A stretch of 63,079 bases of DNA, the filler included, from Choristocarpus tenellus KU-1152 (Eukaryota; Protista; Phaeophyceae), in NCBI GenBank assembly GCA_964200185.2. It is 9 parts of 9 records of this genome, joined end to end, with 100 filler letters (N's around TTAATTAATTAA, not from the genome) between each part and the next. Parts side by side here need not be neighbours in the genome. Positions count along the whole stretch, not along the records: positions 40,982 to 56,548 come from CAXNAD020000973.1; positions 56,649 to 59,434 come from CAXNAD020024772.1; positions 59,535 to 63,079 come from CAXNAD020019347.1; 6 more parts are not named here. One strand, written 5' to 3'. The notes under the pieces were generated by a model. It was not told the DNA's origin. It saw only the letters and a list, made by a program, of their open reading frames with translations, and ran no database searches. The position numbers and the translations under genes are program-made. Shown here one piece after another: positions 48,810-61,380 of the stretch (its first letter is position 1; each line of letters begins with the position of its first letter).

Positions 48810-51800
48810 ATGACCACCAGACAAGGAGATGGTGAGGGGAAGAAGGAGAAGTTGTCGCGGGAAGGGAGAAGCAAGGGAAAGAGGGGGTCGAAAGAGGCGT
48901 TTGTTCCATCCAATGCAGAGGTAAAGCTTGCAAATGCGAAAATGGTTTATGAAGCTCTTCCTGAAGATCGGGGTGGTGTTGAGACTGAAGGGAAAGTCTC
49001 GGTTAAGCGAAAGCGAAAGCGAAAGCGAAAGCAGAAATGGGTCAGTGCAGACAAAGATATCATGGGTGGGTTGAACCCAGGACAAGAGATTCCAAGGTTG
49101 AGTCTGCAGAACGATATGCCTTCTGAGAGGGAGGGACAAGTGGAGATAAGCAGAGAACCACAACCTGAAGGGGGGGTGGGGATGGGCAATACAGCATTTC
49201 ACGGTGAAGTCAAGTTAAAGAATGGGGATTACCAAGGCCACGTTGTGGTTAAGAGTAGTGCACAGGTGAAAGAATCATCCAATTGCAGGGCAAAAGCTGT
49301 GAAGACCGGTAAGAAACCCAGACACCACAGTACGATCACGGATGGTCAGGGAATGAACGTCGTGGTGCGGCAGGGTGGAGGTTGGAGCAGCAGCCCCAAG
49401 GATAAGATTCAGAGACACCCACAGGCACGAGTGACATCTAATAGACAGGAAAGTACTGGAAGTTCAGCAGTGATGAGTAAAGTGTTGAATGATGCTCAAG
49501 AGAAGCAGGAACGAGCTCTGAAACGGAAACGCCCCAGAACTGACGGTACCAGTGCTGGCACGGGAACTGAGAGAAAGAAAGGGTGGGGCCATGCCAAAGA
49601 TGTCAACCAGGATAGAGGCATGGATGGAGGTCGGGGTAGGTTTGGGGATGCGGACAGAAGTGAGGGTAGAGGCAGCAGTCTAAATACAAACAGAGGGGGA
49701 CAGGGGCAGAAGGAGGTGGGGGCAGGGGAAGGAAAGGGAAGGGGTTGCCTGTCTGATCTGCAATTACGGATGAGGCGCAAGCTTGAGGGAGGGCAGTTTC
49801 GGATGATCAATGAACGCCTCTACACCTCTGACAGTGCTGATTCTTTGGTCAGGTTCCAGGAGGAGCCACACCTTTTCGATGTGGTGAGTGGAATGAACCC
49901 ATCTGCTCTACCTCTCTATGATACCCATGTTTGACCAGCCCAATATGTTGTGTTTTAAACTTGCAGCTAACTTACAGCCAGCAAGTGGTGCAAGGTGCAT
50001 CACGGCCCCTGATGTGGGGAAGATAGTGGTGGATGTGGGATTGCAAATACCTTGAACTGCGACGGGTAGTTTTTGGGCCTCTAGCATCATTAGGGCTTGA
50101 TCAGCAGGAGTTGGGGTAATACACAATGTTCCTTGACCTGTTCGTAAGTGTAGGAAAGCGATAACCTTTTTTTGTAAGTCGAGACTCCAGACTTAACACT
50201 CTTACACTGTGCATGGATGTTGCGCAGGCCAGGTACCACCCATAGTTTGATTTCTGTTTTGCTTGTAACCTTCAGCCTTAGGCATTGCTTGTAATAGACC
50301 CCCCTCCCCTGTCTTTGTCGCTGACATAAATATTTTGTGCACCTCATGCAAGCACCACTGCAGGGACTGTACTTTGCCCCATCACATTCCCTAGGCCTGC
50401 TCCACCACATCCATTTTCTATGCCTCCCAGACTCAAGAAACATACATATTTTTTTCCACTAATCCCTCTCCTACCCCTCGGCCCCCAACAAGTTACCCCT
50501 GGATAAAATACAGTTACGTGTTTCTCTTATGGTGTCACACCGCAACTCCTGTATTGTATTGCGTCCATGTATCGATTCTCATTGCAGTACCATCGAGGGT
50601 TCAGAGAGCAGGTGGAGAAGTGGCCAGTGCACCCGCTAGATCTGATCATAGACTGGCTCAAGAAGCATCACCCAAAGGCGTGTGTTGCTGACTTTGGCTG
50701 TGGAGAGGCACGCCTCGCTGCCAGTGTGTTCAACAAGGCAAGGAGAGAGTGCCTTTTTTGCTGTTGGAGTTTGGTGGAGATATGAAGGGGCGAGGCATTT
50801 TCTATCTGGGGGTTGTTGTCTTTTGGCAGTATTATATATCATAGATCACCTGCTAGGGCTGGCGATAGTGGCAGGTAGCCCCTTGTATGCGCTCACTGTC
50901 TGTGTCTCTGGGATTGGTAGTCAGAAATAGACTGTCTCCTTGATAATTTGTTGTGCTTAGGGAATGCATTTTCTAGTGTGCATTTTGCTCCTGATCTCTC
51001 TGTAACCGCTCACATGTACTCTTGACTCCCAGGCAGTCAGTCAAGTGCTGCGGGTGTAAGATGCAGGACAGGTCCTGTGGGTGAATATTTCTGTATGCTT
51101 ATCCTGTCAATTGCCAGCCGTCTGGCTACTCCTTAGCTGCCCATCCACCCATACATCACACACTGTAACATAGTTGCAAGGTCTGTTCTGAGCTGCAAGG
51201 CTTCCTCCTTCAGCGAACCTTGCCCCTTCTCTTAAGTCCCCACTGAGTGCCTTTGCTGTGGTCACTCCTTGTTCCTTCACTTGGTAGCAGTTGACTCAAT
51301 TCTTGCTGTTTATCTAGCTACATACTGAGCACAGGGGATTAAGAGACACGCCAACATTATGGATGTTTGCTATAGCTTTTGAGAGGAGGTACAATGCATT
51401 TGCCCAGGGTCCCATAGAGCTCTCCCATGTGGTTGCACAGGTCAGCCCAACAAACTGTGATCAGGACAGGGAAACTCCCACACCACCACTTTCCTCCCCC
51501 TCATAACAATATGAAAACAAGCCACTATTCACACTCTTCCGCCAAGCCAAGACCAAGAATGTGTCATCCAACCCCCCTCCCCCCTGTAGGTGCATTCGTT
51601 TGACCTGGTGGCCCCCAACACCCTTGTGACAGCATGTGACATGGCTCATGTTCCTCTTCGTGATGGATGTGTGAAGGTGGCTGTGTTTTGCCTCTCTCTC
51701 ATGGGCACCAACCTTGCCGACTTCTTGAGAGAGGCTCACAGGGTGCTACAACCAGGAGGTGTTATGAAGGTTTGATATTGTTGAGGGCAAGAATGTTTGG

Positions 51801-53502
51801 GAGGGGGGGTTGGCGGGGGGGGGGGGGGGGGGGGGTTTGTGGAGGGGGGGGGGGAGCGCTGGTTGGGGGGAAAGCATGGGAAAAAATAAGTGGCGTTCTG
51901 ACCACTTCAGCATTCATAGGGGCATATACATTGGCATGAGGTGGCAAGAATGTCAAGGCCACATCTGAAGGCATGGTTTTACCTTGACAAGGGAGGCGAT
52001 GTCATGAAGGTAGAGGGTGGGAATTAGAAAGTATGGGTGCCTTTTGATGACATTTCACATGTATCCACCTACCTTCTAAGTGCACCTTTTGGTGTTCTTG
52101 TGATATTCACCAACCACTGTGCCTAATCCGAGGTTGTTCAGCCTTCCTAAGGGTTAGTGTTGAGAATTGTGACAATCCAATCAACTCAATTTATTGCAAT
52201 GATAAAATGATTGAGATTTTAGTCTAAACCTCTCGATCAGTTTGTTATTCCTTGCACATATCCCTTCCTGGTGCTTGGCGCTTCACAAGTCCTCTGATTC
52301 AGTTCACGACATCGAAACTCTTTAGGGTGCTTTAAGATCTACGAAGATCTACGTATTAATTCTTCTGATTTGCAGCCCTAGTAACAAATTATGATATTAC
52401 TACTAATAATAGTAAGTGCCCAATACTGTCAATGCCAATGTCCCGATCCTAGGGAGTACGTTTTGTAGAAGCAACACGTATTCATGTTGCTGCTGTATCC
52501 AGTCGCCTTCCACCATCTCTTCAAACCCCTTGAACTCCATACGAGCCTCCCCCTTCACACACTGGCTGCAGTTCTCACTCAGTATGTTTTTGACAGCGTG
52601 AAAAAAATAAATGTTTTAAGGTGGCAGAGGTAAGGAGCCGGTTTGAGGGCATGGAAGGTGGGGGCGTCGATCTGTTCCTGGATGTGACGCGCAGATTGGG
52701 TTTTGACAAGAAACAGCTCGACCGCAGCAACAAGATGTTCCTCGTCATGGAGTTCAAGAAGAGCGGGAGGACGCCAGAGCAAGGCGTGGAGTTTTCCGCC
52801 AAGGTCATGAACAGAGCTGCTCGAGCGCCCTGTGCGTTCAAGAAGAGCATTCACATGAAGGCGTTTGTCTGCGCACGCCGCATTCAAACCCTGAGGGGAA
52901 TGGTCTGCTATATGTCATGCCCTGTTCGCTCTGTGTTATTCCTGCCCTCTTGTACCCTCTCCTAGATTTGCCGGTAGTGGATCTTTTCGGGGTCGCAGAT
53001 ATTGTCGTCTATAGGTTACTTCCCTCCACAACTAGGAAGTAGCCTTTTTACGTTTGGCCTGTGTAAGGCGGTGTTCGTTTGCTTGCCCAGGAGGCATTTG
53101 GATTATGGTGTGAAGGTCGGGGGGAGATTTGTCCTGAGTGTACCTCTGGTGGTGTTGGAGTGTAGTAATTATTTTGAAGAGAGTCGCCCTTTAGCTGATG
53201 TGCCTCAGAAGTCAGATGACCGTGTCATGGTAAGTAGTAGGGTGTGGTAATTTAAGAAAAAAACAGTGATTGGGCTCAAAACTGTGGTGCTTTGCTGCAG
53301 ACCATATAGTTGGTGCTTGCGCTCTTCCCATGCCCAACCTCCCTCTCTACCTCTTGCAGCTCATTGCTGTAGATATGTTATGAAGTGGTGATCGTAGTGG
53401 AGACAGTCAGGTGACCATTCCCTCTCCCCCATAACTTGCCCTATCACTGTTAATATGTTTATCCTTTTATACTGGCAGGCGTGCATGTATAAGCGGCGCT
53501 GA
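48810..53502 (+). CDS. RRP8: Ribosomal RNA-processing protein 8 (nucleomethylin; 25S/28S rRNA m1A methyltransferase)
   Basis: Exons 48810-49883 (5' start uncertain), 50588-50737, 51590-51769, 52621-52803 and 53479-53502. Motifs are [91 protein letters not shown] and terminal CMYKRR*. Confidence 0.95.
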
Positions 53503-56198
53503 ACCAAGGACCTTTTTAGGGAGGGGGTCTATCTCAGCCTTTGGGGACCCAAGACTTCAGCTTGGAGGGTAGTATGTAGTTTCACGTCTTCCTGGGCATT
53601 GTTGTCTGGCTAAAGGGTTCAATATTTGTGTTTGTTTTTATGTGGCATCTACCACACTGATTGATATCTGTACGCAACAGGAACGGTGGAGTGAAATAGA
53701 GGGTAACAATAATTCATTCGATTCAGACATCCTGCATGGAAGTGCTTGGGCAGGGGCCTAGGAATACTCTCTTTGATGATGCAAGTCATCTCGTTGAATG
53801 AGTGAAGTGAGGCGGCGGAATCATTCTACTTTGATTGATATTGATTGGACCTTCTAAGCACTTAGTGCCCAGTGTGGACTCTCGTTACTGCTGGTGATGC
53901 AGTTGCAACTACGAGGGTAGGGTTTGCTTGGTGTGTTGAAACGACTCCCCAGGAGTTTGAACAATCCCCATAGGCAGACCTGCAGGCATGCGTTGATGGA
54001 TTTTGATATCTGTAGACTGTTCCGACCAAGAATGGAGTTAGAAAAAGTAATATTTTGCAACCCTTGTAGTTGAAAGGACCATGGTGGTGCTCTTACCAGG
54101 GCTTGGTTGACTGCTGATAGGGAATGCCCACTATTCCTCAAGAAAAAGAGGGGATGTGACGCACATTGTGGTGTGGTTGCTCATGGCTTTGAAGTGCTGA
54201 ATGATGTCCAAAGAGGTTGTGTCTTGACATAGCTACAAAGTTTTCTTGCTTTCTGCTTGATTGGGCGGTGATCATCATGTAGGTTGCCACCAAGTCAAAA
54301 TCTTGTCCCTCATCTCGGTAAGTATGCCCTCCAATGATAGCAACTATTTCCGGACACAGGAAAAAGGTTAAATCACTTTAGAGCATCCTCATGCCTCCAC
54401 CTCGAGAGCTCTTCGCTGGGTTTCGGGGGAGGAGGGTCAACAGGTTCTTTTCTCGGCTGGCCTGTGAGGATGTCATATCCACACCTGTTGAGGAGTACAG
54501 GAAATGGGAGGGTTTTGGTGAACCCACAGTGCTATGTGGAGTGTTGTTTGCAGGGTTAGTTGGAGAGGTCTATGGGACCTAAGAATTTCTTCTTGTTTTA
54601 TGCGACATTGTGAACAATACCCTTTGTGGTTCATTGTGTAACCATTGTCATTATCAGTGTGTTTCTGTTCAACCTCTTGGTGCTCTACTTAACAAACTTC
54701 TAGCAGATACTCCTCACAACCTTGTAGTGTGAGTATTTGGGTTTTCCGAAATCGTCCCTTGAGGTTGTTGACAGTGGAGGATGGACTCCATGTGTTTGGA
54801 CTGGAGGAGTGTTTGCTGTTGTTGACGCTGTTTGTTCCACTGCTAGAGTGGAACAGTCTCCCTTTCTTATGTATGGCAGCGTAGGTTTGACCGTTCATTG
54901 TGCCTACAGTGTAAGTGTTTCAGTGTTATCCATGCAGGAGGTAGGTAGGATCTCTTTGAGATATTGATACTTTGGAGGCTTTGGGGGGGCTTCCGACAGG
55001 CTCTTGCTCTTGGGCACTACACCCTTTGCTCTTAAACACTGCTCCTACTACACACTATCCACTACACATACCTGTGTACCTTTGGGAGGAGTCACTGCAT
55101 TCAAGCCAGAACATACTTCTATTATTCAACTTGGCATGTGCTGAACAAGTACACGGATTCCCAGACCTCTAGTGTAAGTTAAATGGGTCAAGAATTTTCA
55201 ATATACTTAGTTACTATCAAAATGTGCTGGAAGCGCATGAGTTCAGACGCACGAATTTTCAGACTCTGTGAGGAGAGCTCGCAGCGAGCGTTCATGCGAA
55301 AAATAAAGGATCGAAAGTTGCCCCATCAATTTAGGTTTTACGATAATTACGATTATGACAATATTGCTATGATTTGCAACACTGCAAGGCTTGAACAGAT
55401 GGGAGTGAAATGAGAAATTTTCTCATTGGATTCCTTTCCTTGGACATGAGAAGCAACTCGGCCCTTAGGTTGCAGAAGGCAACATAGGTCGTGGACGGTT
55501 GGTGACCTCCATACAACGTCGAGCTCGTAATTCAAATGTTGAGGGGGTTCACTGTGTGCTTTTCATACCCCCCAAATAGGACCTATGGTTGGTGGTGATG
55601 GATTTCACCACAGCGTACTGCGTCCTCTACCTTTTAGTCCGGCTTAATCACACCCAAAAAAGAGAAAAAAAAGAAGGTAGCAAGCAGAAAAACGCAGTGC
55701 GTTTGATCTTTTCTTGCTTTCAGAGAAGTAAAGCCATGTACTTCTTCAATGTACGGACATTGTGTACTTAGTCATTGAGGTCTTTCTTACGGATTTGGCT
55801 AATCCAGATACACAGATCGGACAGGAGCAGGTTCGGTAAACATGTTCCCAGCATCTCACCTTGTATCCCCAAGTCGCATGAGGTTATTTGAGCGCAGCTG
55901 GGCCCGGTGTTTGGTGGCATTGTCGTTGTGTTGCAGTCGTTGCCCGTCCAGGCTGTCATTGTACCTTATACATAAAACGACAGTGCAATGTTTGTTGTTG
56001 TTTCTTTGCTCTACACTACTGTTACCTGCAGGCACTCGGTGTTGACTAATAAATACTTCGAGGCGCCTTCATTCCAATGAAAATATATAACAAAATAACA
56101 GCCTCGTCAAGAAAAAAAAAAGTCTAGGAGTCGAGGCAATGGAAGAACGCTTGATCACGATGAGTGGTAACGGCAGAGGGTGCAGCGGTTACCTCCAT

Positions 56199-56277
56199 CA
56201 CGAGACATCACGAGACATCAAGAGACATCACGAGAAATCACGAGACATCACGAGACATCACGAGACATCACGAGACA
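56199..56277 (+). repeat. 10-bp tandem repeat (cacgagacat) x ~8
   Basis: Directly visible. Confidence 0.9.
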
Positions 56278-56526
56278 AGCGACACTCGTTCCAGTATGTC
56301 CCGTGGGGATACATGTGTGGAGCTGCTAGGGTCCTTAGTACAAGCACATTACGATCCTCAATCGGTACACATCGTGCTTCTTGGATGCGCAGTATGTGGA
56401 TAGAACTTTTTTAGTGCAGCTGCACTCCTTGCACACACACACACACACACATTTACTGAGGTAAAAGGAGGCAGGATCTGCTGAGCCAGGTCCTTACCTT
56501 CAAGTTCTGTTTGTTATACACCGACC

Positions 56527-56548
56527 CAAAGTATCTGGGAGGGGGGGG
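56527..56548 (+). mobile_element. MITE family A, terminal fragment at contig end
   Basis: caaagtatctggga-G(n) running into the spacer. Confidence 0.75.
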
Positions 56549-56648
56549 NNNNNNNNNNNNNNNNNNNNNNNNNNNNNNNNNNNNNNNNNNNNTTAATTAA
56601 TTAANNNNNNNNNNNNNNNNNNNNNNNNNNNNNNNNNNNNNNNNNNNN
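56549..56648. other. Artificial contig spacer
   Basis: N44-TTAATTAATTAA-N44. Confidence 0.97.
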
Positions 56649-57861
56649 TCCACCCTTTCCTTCTCTTCCTGCTGTTGCTAGTGTTCCTCCTGCTCCCCCT
56701 CCCCCTCCCCCTCCCCCCCGCCTTTTTTTTTGCTATCTTGTGTAACTGTTTTTTTAAATATTCTTTTTGGAAGGTTTTTACGTGTGGGAAGAGGCGTTTG
56801 TTTCCCTGTTTTGTTGCCTGCCTTTCGGAGTGGTCTTTCAAGCACGAGCTCCCGAAAAAAAGAAATCTTTAAAAATCAGACAAGGAAAAAAAATAGTTAA
56901 GTTTTTCTTGCAACATTCCGACAATAAAACCAGAATAAAAACCAGAATAAAAAGGGTGGGTGTGGGACTTCATCCTGGCCGAACCGTTTTGCCAACCTCC
57001 TACAACTACGAGGATAAAGATGGGGCGAGAGAAGGGTCCAGGAACGGTCTGGGTTGAGGCTGGGTTAGAGCGCGCTACTAGATGGAATGTTTGTTTCCCC
57101 AAGGATTATGAGTGGGTGTATGTATCGCAGCCCCTGTTTTTGTCAAGCATTTGGGACGTCATTGGTACACCGAGGCAGGCAGCGATTGCATGACTATCCA
57201 CCAACCGCCTTGGTGTGGAGAAGTAGTATCCCAGTTTTTGCTGGGGGGGGAGTGGTGTGGTACTTAGAGGGTACAGTGGTTGAAATGGCACCAGTAGCAG
57301 AATGGGGTACAAAGTACAAGATTTGAAGTGTGAAAATGATGACAAAAAAAGGATTAATTAGGTGCGAAACGCCTTGGAAGAGCCTAACCGCCGGTGTGAA
57401 ACAAATAAAAAGTAGAAAATGTTTTGGTCTCTCTGTGTGACGCAGGCGTTTTTGTCTGTATGGGGAGGCGTTTTGGGCTGAGTTATAACTATTAGTATAA
57501 CTATAACCATAACTCAAGCGTATTCAGTCATCTTGGTTAGGGTTAGGGTTGTTTTTGATGAGATTGGGGTTGGGATTGGGATTGGGATTGGACTGGGCTT
57601 GGCTCTGTACAATCTGTGCATGTTTTGATGTGGCCACAAGCTGGTTTCCCAGCCAGGTCATCCTGATGTTTTCAATTTTTTCACCGGCCACAGGCTGCAG
57701 TAACCGACGGTCCTGGTCCAGATGCGTCAGAAGGTGTTGAAACCTGTCCAGTACCACCAAGTCAGGTTCAGTCCGCGAGCTGTTCGGGTTCTGTGCAATA
57801 TAGGCTGGTAGTCTATATGGCTTGTAGGTGTTTAGTGACCACTACTAGACAACAGGAATGT

Positions 57862-57926
57862 TGACTAAGTGGAACAGGTGTCATTGACTTGTCTTCGTGT
57901 GCGTAAAGTAATGGGTTCGAATCTCA
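57862..57926 (+). pseudogene. Degenerate tRNA-derived sequence (possible SINE head)
   Basis: Box A-like TGACTAAGTGG and box B GGGTTCGAATCTC, with no intact cloverleaf. Confidence 0.35.
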
Positions 57927-58570
57927 GATGATCGATTTCTTTTTACTTAATATAAATGGACTGATGGAGGAGTTTTGACATAGTACGATGTAACGGCAGG
58001 ACACGTTTTGATGTGTCAGCTGATGAGTCAGCTGATATATATGTAATAAACAATAAGATAATAAGAGAGAGCACCCCCCACCACCAAGGGTTAGGGCTGT
58101 GCTCACTCCGTTAATAAACATATCCATACCACATAAAGCAAAATACTCAACTTGAGTAGTTCTCTTTTGCATAGGTTCCAGTGCTTGGTGGACCTGGTCC
58201 AGATAGTGTCACACAATGTTGTGAGCTGTCTGGCATCCGGACCGGGAAGGTTCTAGTATGTGTCGGACCTGATCTGGACATGCCAGACCTTATTTGGGTT
58301 AGGGTTAGGGTTGAACCGTGGATTGGACAGTTCTTATTCAGAATAATTGAAGGTGCCAAGGACTGATGAAAAGTCATGATAATAATTAATGGTGTGATCT
58401 CAGCAGCTCTTGGTAGATAAGTTCTCCCTCCTTATATGATGTAAATAGATGTTCCACCCTCCTCCCCCACCCCCACCGCCATCCAATGTGTACCAAAACA
58501 TACGCTCAATGTATGTATGTATGTATGTATGTATGTATGTGTTCCATGTGTACCTGGTGCTGACTTATAG

Positions 58571-58741
58571 ATGATGCTCACGGAGAGGGTGGATGAGGGG
58601 CTGGTCCTCATGGGCAGGCTTCTTGGGTGGGACCTCATTGACCTTACGTATGCTTCCCTCCTGGAGACCAAGAACGGATCTTTTAGGTGGGACGGCAAGC
58701 CCATGAAGAAGGCTCCAAAAGCAAAGGATCTTACAGAACAG
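58571..58741 (+). CDS. Internal exon of a galactose-3-O-sulfotransferase (GAL3ST)-family protein
   Basis: Phase-0 exon (ttatag|...CAG|gtcggt). MMLTERVDEGLVLMGRLLGWDLIDLTY matches the GAL3ST motif V(M/L)I.E.FDESLVLL..LLCW.L.D..Y. Confidence 0.7.
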
Positions 58742-59151
58742 GTCGGTCGACTTGAGTGTATACATTTTGGAATAACACGCATGGTACCAGAGATTGAAAT
58801 TTCTTTGTCGAACTTTCTTTGACGACTGCTTTGCACCCTTAATAACACCCTCTGAAGTGTGTTCAAAAGAGGCGCTCTTAACTCTATCAACCACCTTTAA
58901 CTCTTAACCTTTAATTTTTGATCCCTTACTGTTTGTCGGAGCGCACTTAATTATTCTGAGAACTGATATTGTGAGAGGATCTTCTTCTTTGGCCCTCTTA
59001 ATTATTCTAATTGTTCTACGTCAGCAACACAGTTAGAACAGTTAAACCAGTTTTTTTTGTGATTTTTTTAAAAACGTGGTTTGATTGTGTTTGGGGGGGG
59101 GGGGGGGGGGGGTGGGTAGGGTGGGGGTGGGGTTGGCGGGTGNNNNNTTTA

Positions 59152-59191
<40 letters not shown>

Positions 59192-59434
59192 GTGTGTGGT
59201 GGTGGTGGGGGGGGGGGGGGGGGGGGGGGGGGGGGTATGGTATGGTATGGTATGGTATGGCCGTTGATCATCTGGTTAACGTTGGTTGCACTTTTTGAGA
59301 AGAAGGTTCGGTTTTGTTGATTGTGTTGTGGATGATTGCACCTATTTGGCGGGGGGGGGGGGGGGGGGGATAAAATTCTGGGGGGGGGGAGGGGGGGGGG
59401 GGGGGGGGGGGGGGGAGGGAGGGGGGGTGTGGGG

Positions 59435-59534
59435 NNNNNNNNNNNNNNNNNNNNNNNNNNNNNNNNNNNNNNNNNNNNTTAATTAATTAANNNNNNNNNN
59501 NNNNNNNNNNNNNNNNNNNNNNNNNNNNNNNNNN
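59435..59534. other. Artificial contig spacer
   Basis: N44-TTAATTAATTAA-N44. Confidence 0.97.
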
Positions 59535-59863
59535 AGTCCGTCGGTTTCTTCCGATCAAATACCCCGCCTAAATATCCCGAATGTTCCGCATTATCTTCTG
59601 TGCGTATATAAAATAATACTTCCAATCATATTCTCATAAATGGTCAAGCATAATCTTGACAGTTCCATTACTCTATACATATATATATTTATTGTAACTG
59701 TCCGATAGAGTTGGAAGAGCCTAATCGAACATAAATGCATAACCCATCGGATGGAAACTGCATGAACATTTTAGTCAGACACCAAGGCAAGGTACACTGA
59801 TGCACGAATCAGACACAACTAACTCGACCCGTACTTCAACAAAAACCTGAAACGACTGAAGCC

Positions 59864-60526
59864 CTATTTCAATTGGTGGGCGGAGTCGAAATGGAATTCC
59901 TCACCCTTCTCCCACCACTCTACAAACGTCGGGTATGCCTCGGTTAGAAGGTGCCAGAGATTAAGGTGCGTGGAGTACCAGTCGTTCCACAGTTCAGGCT
60001 TCACAAGGCTCATGAAGATGGCCTTCCTTTGACGGAGTGCTTCCATATGATCTGGAAGCAACGTGCTGCTGGGCTTCCCTCCACGACCGCTGAGTTTTAG
60101 CTGTGTGGGCTCATGGATGTAGCAGTCATCCCTGAATACAACAGTTTTGACTGCTCTACCGGCCTTTACAAGCCTGAACCCATGGTCATATATTAGGATC
60201 AGCGTCTGCACTCTGTATGCCAAAGATGCAGGTTTTGTTGCCGATCGTTGGAGCTCGGTAATGCACGCCTTCATGAAGACTACGGTGATCCCCACGACGG
60301 ATGCATCGCCGGAGTTGACTGTGTCCTGTATGACGCAGTCGTCATCACCGTGCGCAGACGTTTCGTTCTCGTCCTCTTGCCTCGTATTAGATGGCACTAC
60401 ATTTTCCGCGTCTCCGCCCTTTCTACCAGAAGTGAAGACATCCGCAAAAAAGCTAGGTTCTAGTTCGCGTCTGTCATTTCCACGAGGCTGTTTGAACGGT
60501 CTGTTCCGTCCAGCACCTTCTCCCAA
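59864..60526 (-). CDS. Unrecognised ~220-codon open frame (no ATG start; possible terminal exon or mobile/viral relic)
   Basis: Long open frame with protein-like composition: an acidic N-terminal part and a W-rich C-terminal part. No family was recognised. Confidence 0.35.
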   Translation of the reverse strand: MGEGAGRNRPFKQPRGNDRRELEPSFFADVFTSGRKGGDAENVVPSNTRQEDENETSAHGDDDCVIQDTVNSGDASVVGITVVFMKACITELQRSATKPASLAYRVQTLILIYDHGFRLVKAGRAVKTVVFRDDCYIHEPTQLKLSGRGGKPSSTLLPDHMEALRQRKAIFMSLVKPELWNDWYSTHLNLWHLLTEAYPTFVEWWEKGEEFHFDSAHQLK

Positions 60527-60621
60527 CCTCTGCGCATGTCGGCCACATCAGAGGGTACCTTTGCTCTACGCATGTCAGCCTTGAACTTATGGATCGTTTT
60601 CCATCACGAGCACAAAGAACC

Positions 60622-60932
60622 CAGAGTATCTGGGGGGGGGGGGGGGGGTTACACCAGGGGTTCAGGTGGGGTCAAAAATGGGAAAGGGCATTTTATTTCA
60701 CTCNNNNNNNNNNACTTCGTTGCTTGTTTGCCTCCTGTCGACCATCTCACATAAGACTACGCTGGGGGGGGGGGCGGGGCAGGGGGGTCTACACCAGAGT
60801 GTCCAGTTGGGTTAAAATCTGGAAAGTGCATTTTATATCAACCATCCAACGTATGCAACCAAATCACATAAAAATCACAATATGAAAAAATTGACCCCAA
60901 ATGGACAGCTGCCACCCTCCCCAGATTCTTTG
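60622..60932 (+). mobile_element. MITE family A, partial copy (60622-60703) plus near-complete copy (60762-60932)
   Basis: cagagtatctg-G(n)-ttacaccagg.., then G(n)-tctacaccagagtgtcca...ttgaccccaaatggacag...cagattctttg. The two parts are separated by a 10-N gap and ~50 bp of other sequence. Confidence 0.8.
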
Positions 60933-61207
60933 AGTCAAGAGAAAGGCTGTCCACTCAGGATCCCCACAAGCTTATCGCGGCGACTTGTGGGTGCGGGCCT
61001 AGCTTTGAAAACATTGACTCTACCCTCTCCTTATCAAGGAGATTGGCATTGTACCTCTAGGGCAAGAGAGCAGAAAAGGCCAGGTCGACCGTACGGGTCG
61101 CGCTAAGGTTTGACGTGATCAACTCTGTTGTCTTTTCCTCTTCAGGTTTCTTTGGGGCTCCGGGCGACTGGCTGTGAAGGTAGGGGGGGATATTTTATGG
61201 CAAGGGT

Positions 61208-61380
61208 CAAAGTATCTGGGGGGAGGGGGGGGGGGGTCTACACCAGCGTGTCCATTTGACCAAAATCAGGAAAAGTGCATTTACATTATCCATCTGACGT
61301 ATGGAATCAAATCACTCAAAAATCACGATATAAAAAAATTGACCCCAAATGGACAGTCACCACCTCGCCCAGATACTTTG
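61208..61380 (+). mobile_element. MITE family A, complete copy
   Basis: 173 bp with perfect TIRs CAAAGTATCTGGG/CCCAGATACTTTG. Confidence 0.9.

Noticed and set aside
2497-53502. RTRAF + tRNA + PPR + RRP8 as an RNA-processing gene cluster
   Set aside because: They lie on different artificially joined contigs (only PPR and RRP8 share one) and likely act in different compartments.
53854-54900. Possible retroelement integrase remnant downstream of RRP8
   Set aside because: Only a vague WW...C pattern; insufficient evidence.
59085-59434. Gly/Phe-rich ORFs
   Set aside because: These are translations of low-quality poly-G/poly-T sequence beside a gap.
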